Shown: positions 17,519-26,742, counted from the first letter of the stretch. The stretch: DNA of 37,966 nucleotides from an uncultured virus (IMG/VR IMGVR_UViG_3300005080_000002) (IMGVR_UViG_3300005080_000002); one strand, 5' to 3'. The notes: generated from the sequence alone by a model not told the origin. A program made the numbers and translations.

Positions 17519-20356
17519 TTATGCATTTTCGTCAGTATCAGTTTCGTTCCCATCGGTAGTTTCTTCGGTGGGTTCTTCAGTTTCTTCGGGTTCGGTAGAT
17601 TCACCGTCGTCCGTTTCTTCAGTCTCTTCAGTCTCTTCAGTTTCCTCCTCTTCGGAGTCACCATCAGAGCCATCCCCTTCACCATCCCCGTCGAAGTTGA
17701 ACTCGTCATCCCCGTCCTCACCGCCTTCTTCCCCGTCGCCGAAGCCGCCCTCGCCATCATCGAAGCCGCCACCGCCGCCGGTGTCGCCAGAGCCTTCCAT
17801 ATCCATTTGCTTAGCCAGTGTCTCCATACGACCAGTGAATCGTTTGAAGATTTGCATAGCAATCTTGGAACGGTCAACCATATTGCTCGAGAGCTCGGTG
17901 ACAATTTCAGAGACATCTTCAGAAGTGAGGAATTCGAGCATGTCAGGTTCGACGTCGTTCTCAACCAGCCATTGCGTAATGACAAAGCTGCGAACCAACA
18001 TACGAATCTTGCTTTCCTGACCGTCGATTTCAGTTCCCTCGAACATACCATCGGCCCACCAGTTTTCAAGGATCTTATCAAGACCTTGAATCTTCTCTTC
18101 CATAACCTGCATTTGAGAGTTAAGGGAAGAGGTATCGGGAGCAGGCAATGTCACTTCCAGATGCGCAATGAAATGACTGATGATTTTCTTGATCAGGTCT
18201 TTCAGCGCACCGCCAGTAGGAACACCTTCGATAGAAACCGCAGCACCTTCAGAGAAGATTTCATAGCCAATGGTGTCGTCGGTTACAACACCCTCGTCAT
18301 CGCCTCCCTCGTTGACATCTACACCCATCTCACCCTCACCCGCGGCATCCATAGCAGCTTTCTGCTCGGCGGCCTTACGCGCAGCTATACGCTGCTTGAT
18401 GAGGTCTTCGTAGTATTTCTCACAAATGGTAGCCAAGCGATCGATAAGAATCGGGTCGCTATAGATGTAAGTACGAATGTGATGAGACATAAATGGAGAC
18501 AAGGCCAGCTGGTCCTGAATGTAGCGCTTTGCAGTCAGCAAGTCCTTCGACGTTACCTGAGTTGCAAATTCGATAGCTTGCGGAGTGATGATCAAATCAG
18601 GATCAGCACCCAGCTGACGATACTGTCGCTTAGCCATCGACTCATCCAATGTTGCATCGGGAACCTTGTAGTCAGGAGAGTTATCAGAAACATCTACCTT
18701 CGTACTCGGATAGTAGTCGTTACCTTGGATGTTAAACTCGATACCGGCATTCTTGATATACGCCAGCATGTCGTCGGGAGTACCGGTGAACGGAATGCGG
18801 TTAGCAAACTGTTCCATCATCAGGTGTTGTACCTGCTCGATACGCTTCTCTGGCTCACGGTCTTCAGGAGCCAGCTCGATATCGATCTTGATGTTACGGG
18901 TGGCATTCAACACAGTGGCTTGCATGGTAGCCATCAGGATGGCTGCACGGACACCGGAGATAGTACGCCCTTTATCCAGACGACTACGACCAATACCTTC
19001 TTTGGTCCAGTCCATCGCGTAATAGACAAACTGCTCAGCTGGCACATACAGAATCTGCGTACCCTTCTTAGCCAGCGCACGAGCCAACATGATCTGATAG
19101 ACCTGTTGGGGACGTACGAGGTTCAATGCCTCACTACCGCCGCCATTCTTCAGAGCGGTGATCAGCTTAGCCTCCACAAGCTCGCTAAACGAGTCTTGCA
19201 GACGTGCCATCGTCCAGTCCTTGGTATCCCCCAGCCCAAGCCCCAACGCAGCATCAGAGATCATCTGAGAGGTCGGATTACCCATCATCCAACTCATAGC
19301 GGTAGAGTTGTAAAGATTAGAGTTACGACTGATCGGGTTGCCAACTTCATCGAGCATGATGAAGAAGCCCACCGGTGCGTTAAACGTGCCGGGGGTGTGG
19401 ATAGGAATAATAGCTTCGGAAGGAATGTGCTGCACTAGCGGATGGCCAATGCTCCGGCGACCAGCATTTTCTACCGTCTTAATCTCCTCTACTGCTTTCA
19501 TCGAGAAGGTCTTGGATTTGTAAACGTCGGTGTCGTAATACTCGAAGTCGTTCATAGCTCTTTCGAGCCCGAAGCGGCCACTATTATATGTACGTTCGAC
19601 CGCGCTTTTACTGATCCTGGCCTGAACTTTCGGCAGCTTCAATACATCGATATTATCGGTGAGATTGAAGGTTGCTGTTATTTTTTTGTCGTCCGGTACG
19701 TCAGTGGCCGGAGCGCCGATATTGAAACGGTATCCGCCGTTACTCGCTGTCCCAGCGACAGGCTTAAAGGCCAAGCTTTCAAAACCAAAACCGTTCATAT
19801 CGGTAGTGGTATTGGGGTCGCCGAGGATACCTTTTACAGCAAAAAGATGTTCTACCTTTTTGGCATAGCTCTCCACGCCGATCTTCCCACCTTCGTTGAT
19901 GATCGCATCAACGGAAGATTCAGGAATGATCGCAGCGCCCCACGAACCGGTGCGGAACAACGTATCGTGAACGATCTCACGCATGTAGTTCTTGAGCGGG
20001 TAAACAGTGGTGAAGAACTCTTTGATCTCAGCCACCAGTTGGGCCCGAAGCCCCAGCTCAATCTTTGTGCTGTTAACAGCAAAGATAGGGGCGATGGTGA
20101 TGAGGTCTTTACTGGACAGAATGCCGGAGACAACAATGTCCGCCGCAAAGTCTATATCCGGTAACATCTCAATGACGTTTTCAGCATCCAGATTGCGCTG
20201 CATGCTTTCACGAACGAGCGGCATGAGCTCGTGCTGACCCGGAGAAGTGATCTGGTTAGGATTACTCTTGGACATGTTGCGCGGGCTATGCAGTTTATTG
20301 AGTACCGCGTTATTGAGCAGATTGTTGGTGGTACCCCAGGTCGATCTTGAGCTCAT
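17519..20356 (-). CDS. Portal protein (phiKZ gp129-like), about 945 aa
   Basis: Start reassigned to ATG 20356 (RBS AGAGGG). Motifs IIPESSVDAIIN, GHPLVQHIPSEAIIPIHTPG...GFFIMLDEVGNP, IMLARAL. G-x-E head-protease-type sites (GVE, GFE, GLE) and an acidic tail; minus-strand position as in relatives. Confidence 0.8.
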   Translation of the reverse strand: MSSRSTWGTTNNLLNNAVLNKLHSPRNMSKSNPNQITSPGQHELMPLVRESMQRNLDAENVIEMLPDIDFAADIVVSGILSSKDLITIAPIFAVNSTKIELGLRAQLVAEIKEFFTTVYPLKNYMREIVHDTLFRTGSWGAAIIPESSVDAIINEGGKIGVESYAKKVEHLFAVKGILGDPNTTTDMNGFGFESLAFKPVAGTASNGGYRFNIGAPATDVPDDKKITATFNLTDNIDVLKLPKVQARISKSAVERTYNSGRFGLERAMNDFEYYDTDVYKSKTFSMKAVEEIKTVENAGRRSIGHPLVQHIPSEAIIPIHTPGTFNAPVGFFIMLDEVGNPISRNSNLYNSTAMSWMMGNPTSQMISDAALGLGLGDTKDWTMARLQDSFSELVEAKLITALKNGGGSEALNLVRPQQVYQIMLARALAKKGTQILYVPAEQFVYYAMDWTKEGIGRSRLDKGRTISGVRAAILMATMQATVLNATRNIKIDIELAPEDREPEKRIEQVQHLMMEQFANRIPFTGTPDDMLAYIKNAGIEFNIQGNDYYPSTKVDVSDNSPDYKVPDATLDESMAKRQYRQLGADPDLIITPQAIEFATQVTSKDLLTAKRYIQDQLALSPFMSHHIRTYIYSDPILIDRLATICEKYYEDLIKQRIAARKAAEQKAAMDAAGEGEMGVDVNEGGDDEGVVTDDTIGYEIFSEGAAVSIEGVPTGGALKDLIKKIISHFIAHLEVTLPAPDTSSLNSQMQVMEEKIQGLDKILENWWADGMFEGTEIDGQESKIRMLVRSFVITQWLVENDVEPDMLEFLTSEDVSEIVTELSSNMVDRSKIAMQIFKRFTGRMETLAKQMDMEGSGDTGGGGGFDDGEGGFGDGEEGGEDGDDEFNFDGDGEGDGSDGDSEEEETEETEETEETDDGESTEPEETEEPTEETTDGNETDTDENA
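17616..17642. repeat. 9-bp coding tandem repeat (TCTTCAGTC, three copies, last imperfect) encoding ETE repeats in the portal tail
   Basis: tcttcagtc tcttcagtc tcttcagtt. Confidence 0.8.
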
Positions 20357-20385
20357 TGTCATTCCCTCTAGTTTCTGGTGCGCAT

Positions 20386-22554
20386 ATGAACGCTTACTAC
20401 AAAATTTATCTCGAAGAGAACATCGAACTTGCAAAGTCGATGATCATTAAATCTGAAGTGACGGCTCGCCTCATGAATAAGGAGGTCGAGGGCCTTGGCT
20501 ATAGTATATCAACTGATCAAAGTCAGTGGAGATATTACAAGCACCTGAACGGTGACTATTTCCACCTTGACGAACCAATGAAAATCATCTCGCTGGATAC
20601 CGGGGTGAAGATCACCTTTAACAAGGAAACGTTAGCCGTTCACAAAAAGACACGTAACGTCTATCTCAATACCCGTAGCTACGTCTCTAAGTTGAAGCAG
20701 CGTTACCCTACCCAGTGTATCCTAATCGATGGCATACTGCGCCCTACGCCGCCTAAGGTGGCGATAGATGCATTGGATATGACGATACTTCACCACGATC
20801 CCAAATATGTGGAAAAGCAGGAGTATTCGCTGATCGCTTCTATTGAGAAGTGGATGCGCGGTTTCATGTATCGTTACATGATGGAGAGTTATCTTCACAC
20901 GAATGATCTGTTCGCTGCCGACATCTTTGGTAAGATGTTCGTCCACCTGCCGAAGAAGATAATGAATATCCGACAAGCGATGGTTAAGACGTCTCAGACG
21001 CATACCTTCCATATTCGGATGTATCTTGCATCCCATAACCGACTCGATGAGTTCATGCCGTACTTCACGTACGAGCAGCTGCGATACTTCTACATGAATA
21101 TCGCCTACCTGGAACGGCATACCGGGATGCAAAGCAACTTCGATGCCCTCATCCATAACTTGATGTCGGTACGAAACCTACCCGTCTATGATTACAAACT
21201 CCAGCAGCAAGCGCTGCGTGTAGAAGACGGTGAGCTCTATCCTGATGCGGTATTTATTCGTACGCCTCTTAACCTCAACACTAACGTGCTGAGCCGGGGC
21301 GTCGATGAGGCCCCCATCTCTGAGATCATCTATAAAGAAGTACCTGACGCTAAACATAACGTTGAGCATGTTGGCGAATACCTGGCCAAAACTGAAACGG
21401 CCATGGGCATTAGTCAAATCAGTAAGCTTCCTACGAAGATCATCGAAGCCTCTGCAATTGACCCAGAGGACGTGGCTATCGTTAAACAGTTAGATATGCT
21501 GGTTAACCATTGGGCTTATTTGGCCACGACGGGAGCGTATACCGCGACTGTTGAAGTGCTAAATCCGATTAGTGGTGACCTGATGAAGCTGACGATGAAA
21601 GAGCTGTTTACGCTCTACATTTATGCTTTCTATATCGGACGTTACGGCCACGAGATGAAAGGTATCCCTGAGTATCTCGCTATCGATATCACCAAAATGC
21701 GGTGGATCGATTATGCGGAGTATGCCCAAGTCGTACCCAAAGACAAATGGGGTAAGTGGGATCCTGACATCGACTACTTCCAACAGACGTATATCGACCA
21801 ATACCCGTCGTATACCTCTGCCGACGAGTTTGTTGACTTCTGTGAGAAAGTTACGGAGCTTAAACGACTACGTCACATGTTCACCTATCAGCCACAGCGG
21901 TTTGAACAAAAGGCTGTTCGTGAATCACTTTACCGCTACAGTTACACCAACATTAAGTGTGACTTGAAAACGCGGCGATATAAGACGTACGATGAGTTCT
22001 TTACCTATCTCGGTTTTGATCGTACGCTGATGTATGCAGAGAGCTGGACTGACCTGGCCCTGACCTGTTTGGATTTGGCTACGCTGATCACATCGCGCAA
22101 CGCGATGAGTCTGCGCGAGATTCAAGCCGCGATGGTTAAGGTATTCAAGCGACTGAGCAGTTACACGGTTCAGATTGTTGAAGAGATCATAAGCTCCGAT
22201 ACGATCGTTACGAACAATCTGATGGCGATTACCAATGAAACTCCCGGTAGTACCTTAGATAAGAACACGTCGGATATGCCACCCGTCGATGTGATTACGT
22301 GTACTGGCAGGTCGCTGGAGACTACGTCTAAGCAAACATGCCATGTCAAAGCATTTAGTGTGACCGAGATCGTAGACAACCACTATGACGTCAATGTAGT
22401 GATCGGGGCTACTGCAACCGGGACAGAGCGTACTGTTACGATACTGACCATGGACGCAACTACTGCTGTTAAGATAGACCGGATTAGCGATGATCCGATC
22501 CCTCTGATGGCCGCCTCGGGACACGATATGTGGGAGTTGATGACTACCGGTTAA
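20386..22554 (+). CDS. Large virion structural protein, probably baseplate-associated, 722 aa
   Basis: Start reassigned to ATG 20386 (MNAYYKIY..LAKSMIIK). Motifs WRYYKHLNGDY, HTFHIRMYLASH, LSSYTVQ; head-to-head with the portal gene. Confidence 0.65.
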   Translation: MNAYYKIYLEENIELAKSMIIKSEVTARLMNKEVEGLGYSISTDQSQWRYYKHLNGDYFHLDEPMKIISLDTGVKITFNKETLAVHKKTRNVYLNTRSYVSKLKQRYPTQCILIDGILRPTPPKVAIDALDMTILHHDPKYVEKQEYSLIASIEKWMRGFMYRYMMESYLHTNDLFAADIFGKMFVHLPKKIMNIRQAMVKTSQTHTFHIRMYLASHNRLDEFMPYFTYEQLRYFYMNIAYLERHTGMQSNFDALIHNLMSVRNLPVYDYKLQQQALRVEDGELYPDAVFIRTPLNLNTNVLSRGVDEAPISEIIYKEVPDAKHNVEHVGEYLAKTETAMGISQISKLPTKIIEASAIDPEDVAIVKQLDMLVNHWAYLATTGAYTATVEVLNPISGDLMKLTMKELFTLYIYAFYIGRYGHEMKGIPEYLAIDITKMRWIDYAEYAQVVPKDKWGKWDPDIDYFQQTYIDQYPSYTSADEFVDFCEKVTELKRLRHMFTYQPQRFEQKAVRESLYRYSYTNIKCDLKTRRYKTYDEFFTYLGFDRTLMYAESWTDLALTCLDLATLITSRNAMSLREIQAAMVKVFKRLSSYTVQIVEEIISSDTIVTNNLMAITNETPGSTLDKNTSDMPPVDVITCTGRSLETTSKQTCHVKAFSVTEIVDNHYDVNVVIGATATGTERTVTILTMDATTAVKIDRISDDPIPLMAASGHDMWELMTTG

Positions 22555-22612
22555 TAAAAAGACGCAGGTCATTTTATGGGCACGGTGCTTCAACTAACTC
22601 CGAGGAAATATC

Positions 22613-23116
22613 ATGAGCTATATGGTAGATATGTCGCTACCGCCTGCCGAGCTGCTTTTGGGTTTGATCAACCAAGAAAACCCAAAAGCAAACTTCACCT
22701 TTCAAACGGTGCAGTTCGATCCAGGCGGTCCGTCGAACACGACGCTCTACGGCAAAGACACGATGATATATCTGTTGCCGTTAAAGGGCGCTGGGTTCTT
22801 CGGCAAGAAGGCCTTCTATTACAACCGGATTAACCTGGCCGATTTCTTAGGTTCGTCCGGCGTAAAGATCGAGCCCGACAAGTACACCGAAACGGCTGAA
22901 CTTCTTCCATTGGTTATGAGTCAACTCGGCATTAACTTGACGCGTGGGGATATTTACAACGACTACATCATTCCTTTAACCAAGGATACGCAGTCGAAGA
23001 TACGTATCTCGGTAAGATCGATTATGTACAAAGGGTATGTTCCAGTCCACCTGGGGCCGCAGTCTATCTTTGCAGGACTGAAGAACCGGCTGTTGGACGG
23101 GTTCCATAAACCCTAG
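22613..23116 (+). CDS. Virion structural protein; stand-alone N-terminal domain of the tail-fibre-like paralogue family
   Basis: 167 aa, RBS GAGGA. LLLGLINQEN, YYNRINL and LLDGF match 30050-30913 (LLRELINYEN, FNRIDL, ILDGF). Confidence 0.7.
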   Translation: MSYMVDMSLPPAELLLGLINQENPKANFTFQTVQFDPGGPSNTTLYGKDTMIYLLPLKGAGFFGKKAFYYNRINLADFLGSSGVKIEPDKYTETAELLPLVMSQLGINLTRGDIYNDYIIPLTKDTQSKIRISVRSIMYKGYVPVHLGPQSIFAGLKNRLLDGFHKP

Positions 23117-23139
23117 CCGTTAAGCAACGAGGTATTACT

Positions 23140-24045
23140 GTGGGAAATTCCATTTACGAAGCCAAGCGTACCACGAATACGCTGACCTCAGGTCGTATCC
23201 AGACCGCCAAGTTCTTTGGCGTTCCGGTAACGTAGAAATCTACGGTGAACGAAGTCTTGAAAGTGCTTGAGGGTCGTTACCCTGATGCCGACCAAGACCC
23301 GGATACCAAGTACCTGATCTTGGGTAACAAGGGTCATGAAATTGATCTGACCGATGACGGTCCCGGTGCACCGGTACCGCTCGAACACTTGCCGACAGAC
23401 GTAATGCCGTGGGGGATCATTCCTCTGGTACTGCGTCCTGTTGACAAAGATCTGCCGGATGATGTTCGTGAGCGCTATGCGCTTCGTATCCTGGAAGAAC
23501 ACAACGGTCTGCGCTACTGGGCGTATTACGCCAAGCGTTTGTCTCATCGTGGCAAGAAAACCCAAGACTATTTGGTCAAGGTTCGTGACGGGGTTAAAAC
23601 CGTTACTGAATTCCGCTACGACGATACCAACCAGTATCCGGTACCGCCGAAGCTTCCTGATTACAACTACGATACCGTCTCTCAAGCGGTGTTGTCCGAT
23701 GGTGATTACGTTTACTCGGCAATGACCATCAGTGTAGTGCTGGATCAGTTCGACATCGATGAACTTACCAACATGGCTCGTATCAAATACAAGTCGCCCC
23801 TCAAGGCAGTTATCTCTGAATTCTGCCTGGCGTCTGGTGTTGACATTATGACCCAAGGTGAGTCCATGGTCGGCTCTCCGTTCCAGTACCTGGAAGTGAT
23901 CGCGTGCCAGATCAACGTGTTCATGACCACCTTTAACAACGCAGCGTTCTCCAACGGTCAGATTGCCTACGATATCCAAGTAGGTCAAACCGAACCGCTG
24001 CCGCTGTTGACCGGTGCCGTCAACCCCAATGTGGTAAATGTTTGA
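23140..24045 (+). CDS. Virion structural protein upstream of RuvC, interrupted by an in-frame TAG at 23233-23235
   Basis: RBS GAGGT with GTG 23140 in frame with ORF 23245-24045. Motifs YLILGNKGH, IPLVLRP...DL...R.RYALR, YYAKRL, ISEFCLASGVD recall a phiKZ-like virion family. Confidence 0.65.
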
Positions 24046-24697
24046 TTTAGCAGCAGCGCCGCCAAACTGTATCCGTGTTATGGGCATTGACCCCGGCACA
24101 GATACTCTCGGGATAGCCATCGTCGATTTCGATCTGGATACCAAGAAAGCGAAACTGATGTATGGCCATACGTTCCATGCATCAAAGTACGTTAACTACT
24201 ATCCTGAGATGACGGCGGTTCGTGGTTCGAGGGACGTTCGATTGATGGTTCTTAGAAAGAAACTCATCGAAAGCTTCATGATGGCCGAACCCGATCTCAT
24301 CGCTGCCGAATCACCATTTCTACAACGGGGCAAAGTCAGTGCCTTCGAAGCCCTTGTCGAATGTTACGCGATGATGCGTGATGCGGTATGGGCATATAGC
24401 TCGCAGATAACACTCCAACGCGTAGATCCGGTCACGGTAAAAAATTATGTTGGCGTAAGCCACAAAGGTACGGACAAGAGCGACGTACACAAAGCAGTGA
24501 ATAGCATCTACCGCGAACACTGTGATGAATGCGTTGACCTTAGTACGTTTGATGAACACGCAAATGACGCCGTTGCGGTTTGTCATGTGATTGTACGTAA
24601 TCGTCTCCTCGGCGAGGTCGTGGAATCCACTCGGAAAAAGAAGGCGAAGCGAAGGAGTAAAAATGAACGTAGAAGAGGTGCTAAAGCAGTCAGCTGA
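24038..24697 (+). CDS. ruvC: RuvC-like Holliday junction resolvase
   Basis: RuvC catalytic motifs VMGIDPGT, IAAESPF, P..VK..VG, EHANDAVAV. Confidence 0.9.
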   Translation: MFDLAAAPPNCIRVMGIDPGTDTLGIAIVDFDLDTKKAKLMYGHTFHASKYVNYYPEMTAVRGSRDVRLMVLRKKLIESFMMAEPDLIAAESPFLQRGKVSAFEALVECYAMMRDAVWAYSSQITLQRVDPVTVKNYVGVSHKGTDKSDVHKAVNSIYREHCDECVDLSTFDEHANDAVAVCHVIVRNRLLGEVVESTRKKKAKRRSKNERRRGAKAVS

Positions 24698-25160
24698 AAA
24701 AGCTTTGCGTAGTACGCCCGCAGGGGGCGTCATCGCGGATCAGCTCGAGGTACTCACAGGTACCAATGTCGACAGTGCGCTTACCGGGAAAGGTGTCAAT
24801 GAGATGCTGGAGTCTATTCCGGCCGACCTCAAGAAACGATTCCTCGGCCAGACCATTGACGACAAATTCGTCGCGTATAAATCGTGGAATGAACTCCGCG
24901 AAGCCATTGCCAACGACCCTGACGCCAAGAGCAAACAAAAGGCCTTGACCGCCATCACTTTCGTGATGATGTCCTTGACCATGTTCTTTGGTGGGGTTTT
25001 GGGGATGGAGTACGTTAAGAACGGCATCGTGCCCACCGCTGATCAGCTGCTGACCGTTTTTGGACCCCTGGGCCTCTCTCTTCTGCTTCAGTTTAGTTTC
25101 GGACGTGAGATGGTGGCTAACGCCGCAATCGATTATCTGGCTAAACGTGTGGGCAAATAA
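24663..25160 (+). CDS. Predicted membrane protein with two hydrophobic segments, 165 aa
   Basis: Start reassigned to ATG 24663 (RBS AAGGAG); segments ALTAITFVMMSLTMFFGGVLGM and LLTVFGPLGLSLLLQFSF. Confidence 0.7.
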   Translation: MNVEEVLKQSAEKALRSTPAGGVIADQLEVLTGTNVDSALTGKGVNEMLESIPADLKKRFLGQTIDDKFVAYKSWNELREAIANDPDAKSKQKALTAITFVMMSLTMFFGGVLGMEYVKNGIVPTADQLLTVFGPLGLSLLLQFSFGREMVANAAIDYLAKRVGK

Positions 25161-25168
25161 GCTACAGC

Positions 25169-25196
25169 GTGGTTGGGGAAACCCAACCACCTTTTT
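25169..25196 (+). terminator. Intrinsic terminator
   Basis: GTGGTTGGG-GAAA-CCCAACCAC followed by CTTTTT. Confidence 0.88.
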
Positions 25197-25245
25197 ATTT
25201 GTTTTTATTTACATCGCAGTTATTTTGTGAGCTGAGGAGAATGCC

Positions 25246-25719
25246 ATGCCTAACCAAGAAACTAATACCACCCTTTTCGATATCACGAAAATCTATCGTA
25301 AGTATTCGCCGCACGAATTGTTACAAAAGGCCTCTGAACCGATCACGCCGGTCATAATCTACGAACTGTTCAAACTGCTCCATGCCAAGACCTCCCCAGA
25401 AAGTCGGACGTGGATGGCCGTATCATCTATACCAAAGTTTATTCTTCCACATCTCGCGCCGTACTTTGGCATCTATAGCGTAAGAGATCCCCTGGTAGAG
25501 CTCAAACGTCGATTGCCTATGGTGTACCGTGAGCTAGTACCACACATTGAGAACTTGTCGGTTATAGTGCGGGAGTATTATGAACAAGTCCCGTCTGACT
25601 TTCACGACGGTACCTATCGTTTTGGTCTAACTGAAGTGCATACCAAGACGTGGGGCGTAAAACATTTCCTAATATACCAGCGCAACGTAGAGACGCTTAA
25701 ATGGCCACAAAAGTTATAG
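25246..25719 (+). CDS. Hypothetical protein
   Basis: 157 aa, RBS GAGGAG. Confidence 0.7.
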   Translation: MPNQETNTTLFDITKIYRKYSPHELLQKASEPITPVIIYELFKLLHAKTSPESRTWMAVSSIPKFILPHLAPYFGIYSVRDPLVELKRRLPMVYRELVPHIENLSVIVREYYEQVPSDFHDGTYRFGLTEVHTKTWGVKHFLIYQRNVETLKWPQKL

Positions 25720-26180
25720 AAGTAAATGGTGAGTATGTCGCTAAGTGGGGTTTGGAGCAATTCCTTAAAGAGCGCCCAGGTACTCGCGCATTTGTAGCTA
25801 TCGATGAGGAAGATGCGGTAGGTTCGCTTCTCTTCACGGATGGCTATATTACTCACATTCATGTGAGCGAGGATTATCGACGGGGCGGATTTGGTACTAA
25901 GCTGCTGGAGTACGCCGCCAACGTCATCGCCAAGGATAAGACACTTAAAGCCGTAGTGGGTGACCACAACCCTGACGCACAAGCGTTCTTCTTAAAGAAC
26001 GGCTTCCGCTATGCTGGCCGCTCTGTATTGAATCGCAGTTCAGCGGCTCTTATGGAGAAACGTATCTTTATTGATCGTGGTACTGATCATGCAGATCGTG
26101 AGGTAATTCTCTCCACTGCGCTCGATGCAATGCTTCAGGCAATGTACACCGTAGAAGTTGCGCCCATCCACGTTAAATAG
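25701..26180 (+). CDS. GNAT-family acetyltransferase
   Basis: Acetyl-CoA motif IHVSEDYRRGGFGTKLL and NPDAQAFFLKNGF (N..A..FY.K.GF). Confidence 0.88.
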   Translation: MATKVIEVNGEYVAKWGLEQFLKERPGTRAFVAIDEEDAVGSLLFTDGYITHIHVSEDYRRGGFGTKLLEYAANVIAKDKTLKAVVGDHNPDAQAFFLKNGFRYAGRSVLNRSSAALMEKRIFIDRGTDHADREVILSTALDAMLQAMYTVEVAPIHVK

Positions 26181-26209
26181 CGAGTAGGGGGAAACCCCTA
26201 CTCGTCTTA
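26181..26209 (+). terminator. Probable terminator with a weak U-tract
   Basis: CGAGTAGGGG-GAAA-CCCCTACTCG followed by TCTTA. Confidence 0.75.
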
Positions 26210-26231
26210 TGCTGCCGGTCTAGTAAAAAAC

Positions 26232-26256
26232 TTTTCAGATATATATTATCCTTGTG
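26232..26256 (+). promoter_or_regulatory. Early-type promoter variant
   Basis: TTTTCAGATATATATTATCCTTGTG aligns with 6891-6915. Confidence 0.72.
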
Positions 26257-26293
26257 CAGATCAATCTTAATCTGTGTTATCAGGAGTATAATA

Positions 26294-26470
26294 ATGAAAA
26301 ACTTTGTGGCTTATCAAGGTAGTGGTGACAATCTCCACGACTGGTTTTACAGGAACGAGAATAGTGAGGTCATCGGTGCCTTTTCTTCTTGTGAAGAGTG
26401 TACTGCGGCGGCGTATGCCGCTAAGCGCGAATACACCCGCCGTTCCAACGACGGCCCTAACCCCAACTAA
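26294..26470 (+). CDS. Small early protein, 58 aa
   Basis: Start reassigned to ATG 26294 (RBS CAGGAG). Confidence 0.7.
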   Translation: MKNFVAYQGSGDNLHDWFYRNENSEVIGAFSSCEECTAAAYAAKREYTRRSNDGPNPN

Positions 26471-26517
26471 TCTACAGGGGACTATAAGTCCCCTCATTTC
26501 CCCATTTAGGAGTTAAC

Positions 26518-26742
26518 ATGAAAATCGCAGATGTACGCAGTATTGTCTACTACCACACCAACTTCTTCCGCGTTAACGTATCGGTCACGCCCGAAGGTCT
26601 GCTGGTGATTACTGGCTATGACGGTAAAGGCGGTGAGCGCGACTTGCTCAAATACGGGATCAAAGCACGCAAGGCCTACATTGGCCGTCTCAGTGCCATT
26701 GGTCTGGACAAACACGAAGACGAGCTCCAAAAACTCATCTAA
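26518..26742 (+). CDS. Small early protein, 74 aa
   Basis: RBS AGGAG; stop runs into the next RBS (TAAGGA). Confidence 0.75.
   Translation: MKIADVRSIVYYHTNFFRVNVSVTPEGLLVITGYDGKGGERDLLKYGIKARKAYIGRLSAIGLDKHEDELQKLI

Noticed and set aside
17568..18020. Ser/Pro-rich 150-aa plus-strand ORF
   Set aside because: Antisense image of the portal's acidic Glu/Gly/Asp tail.
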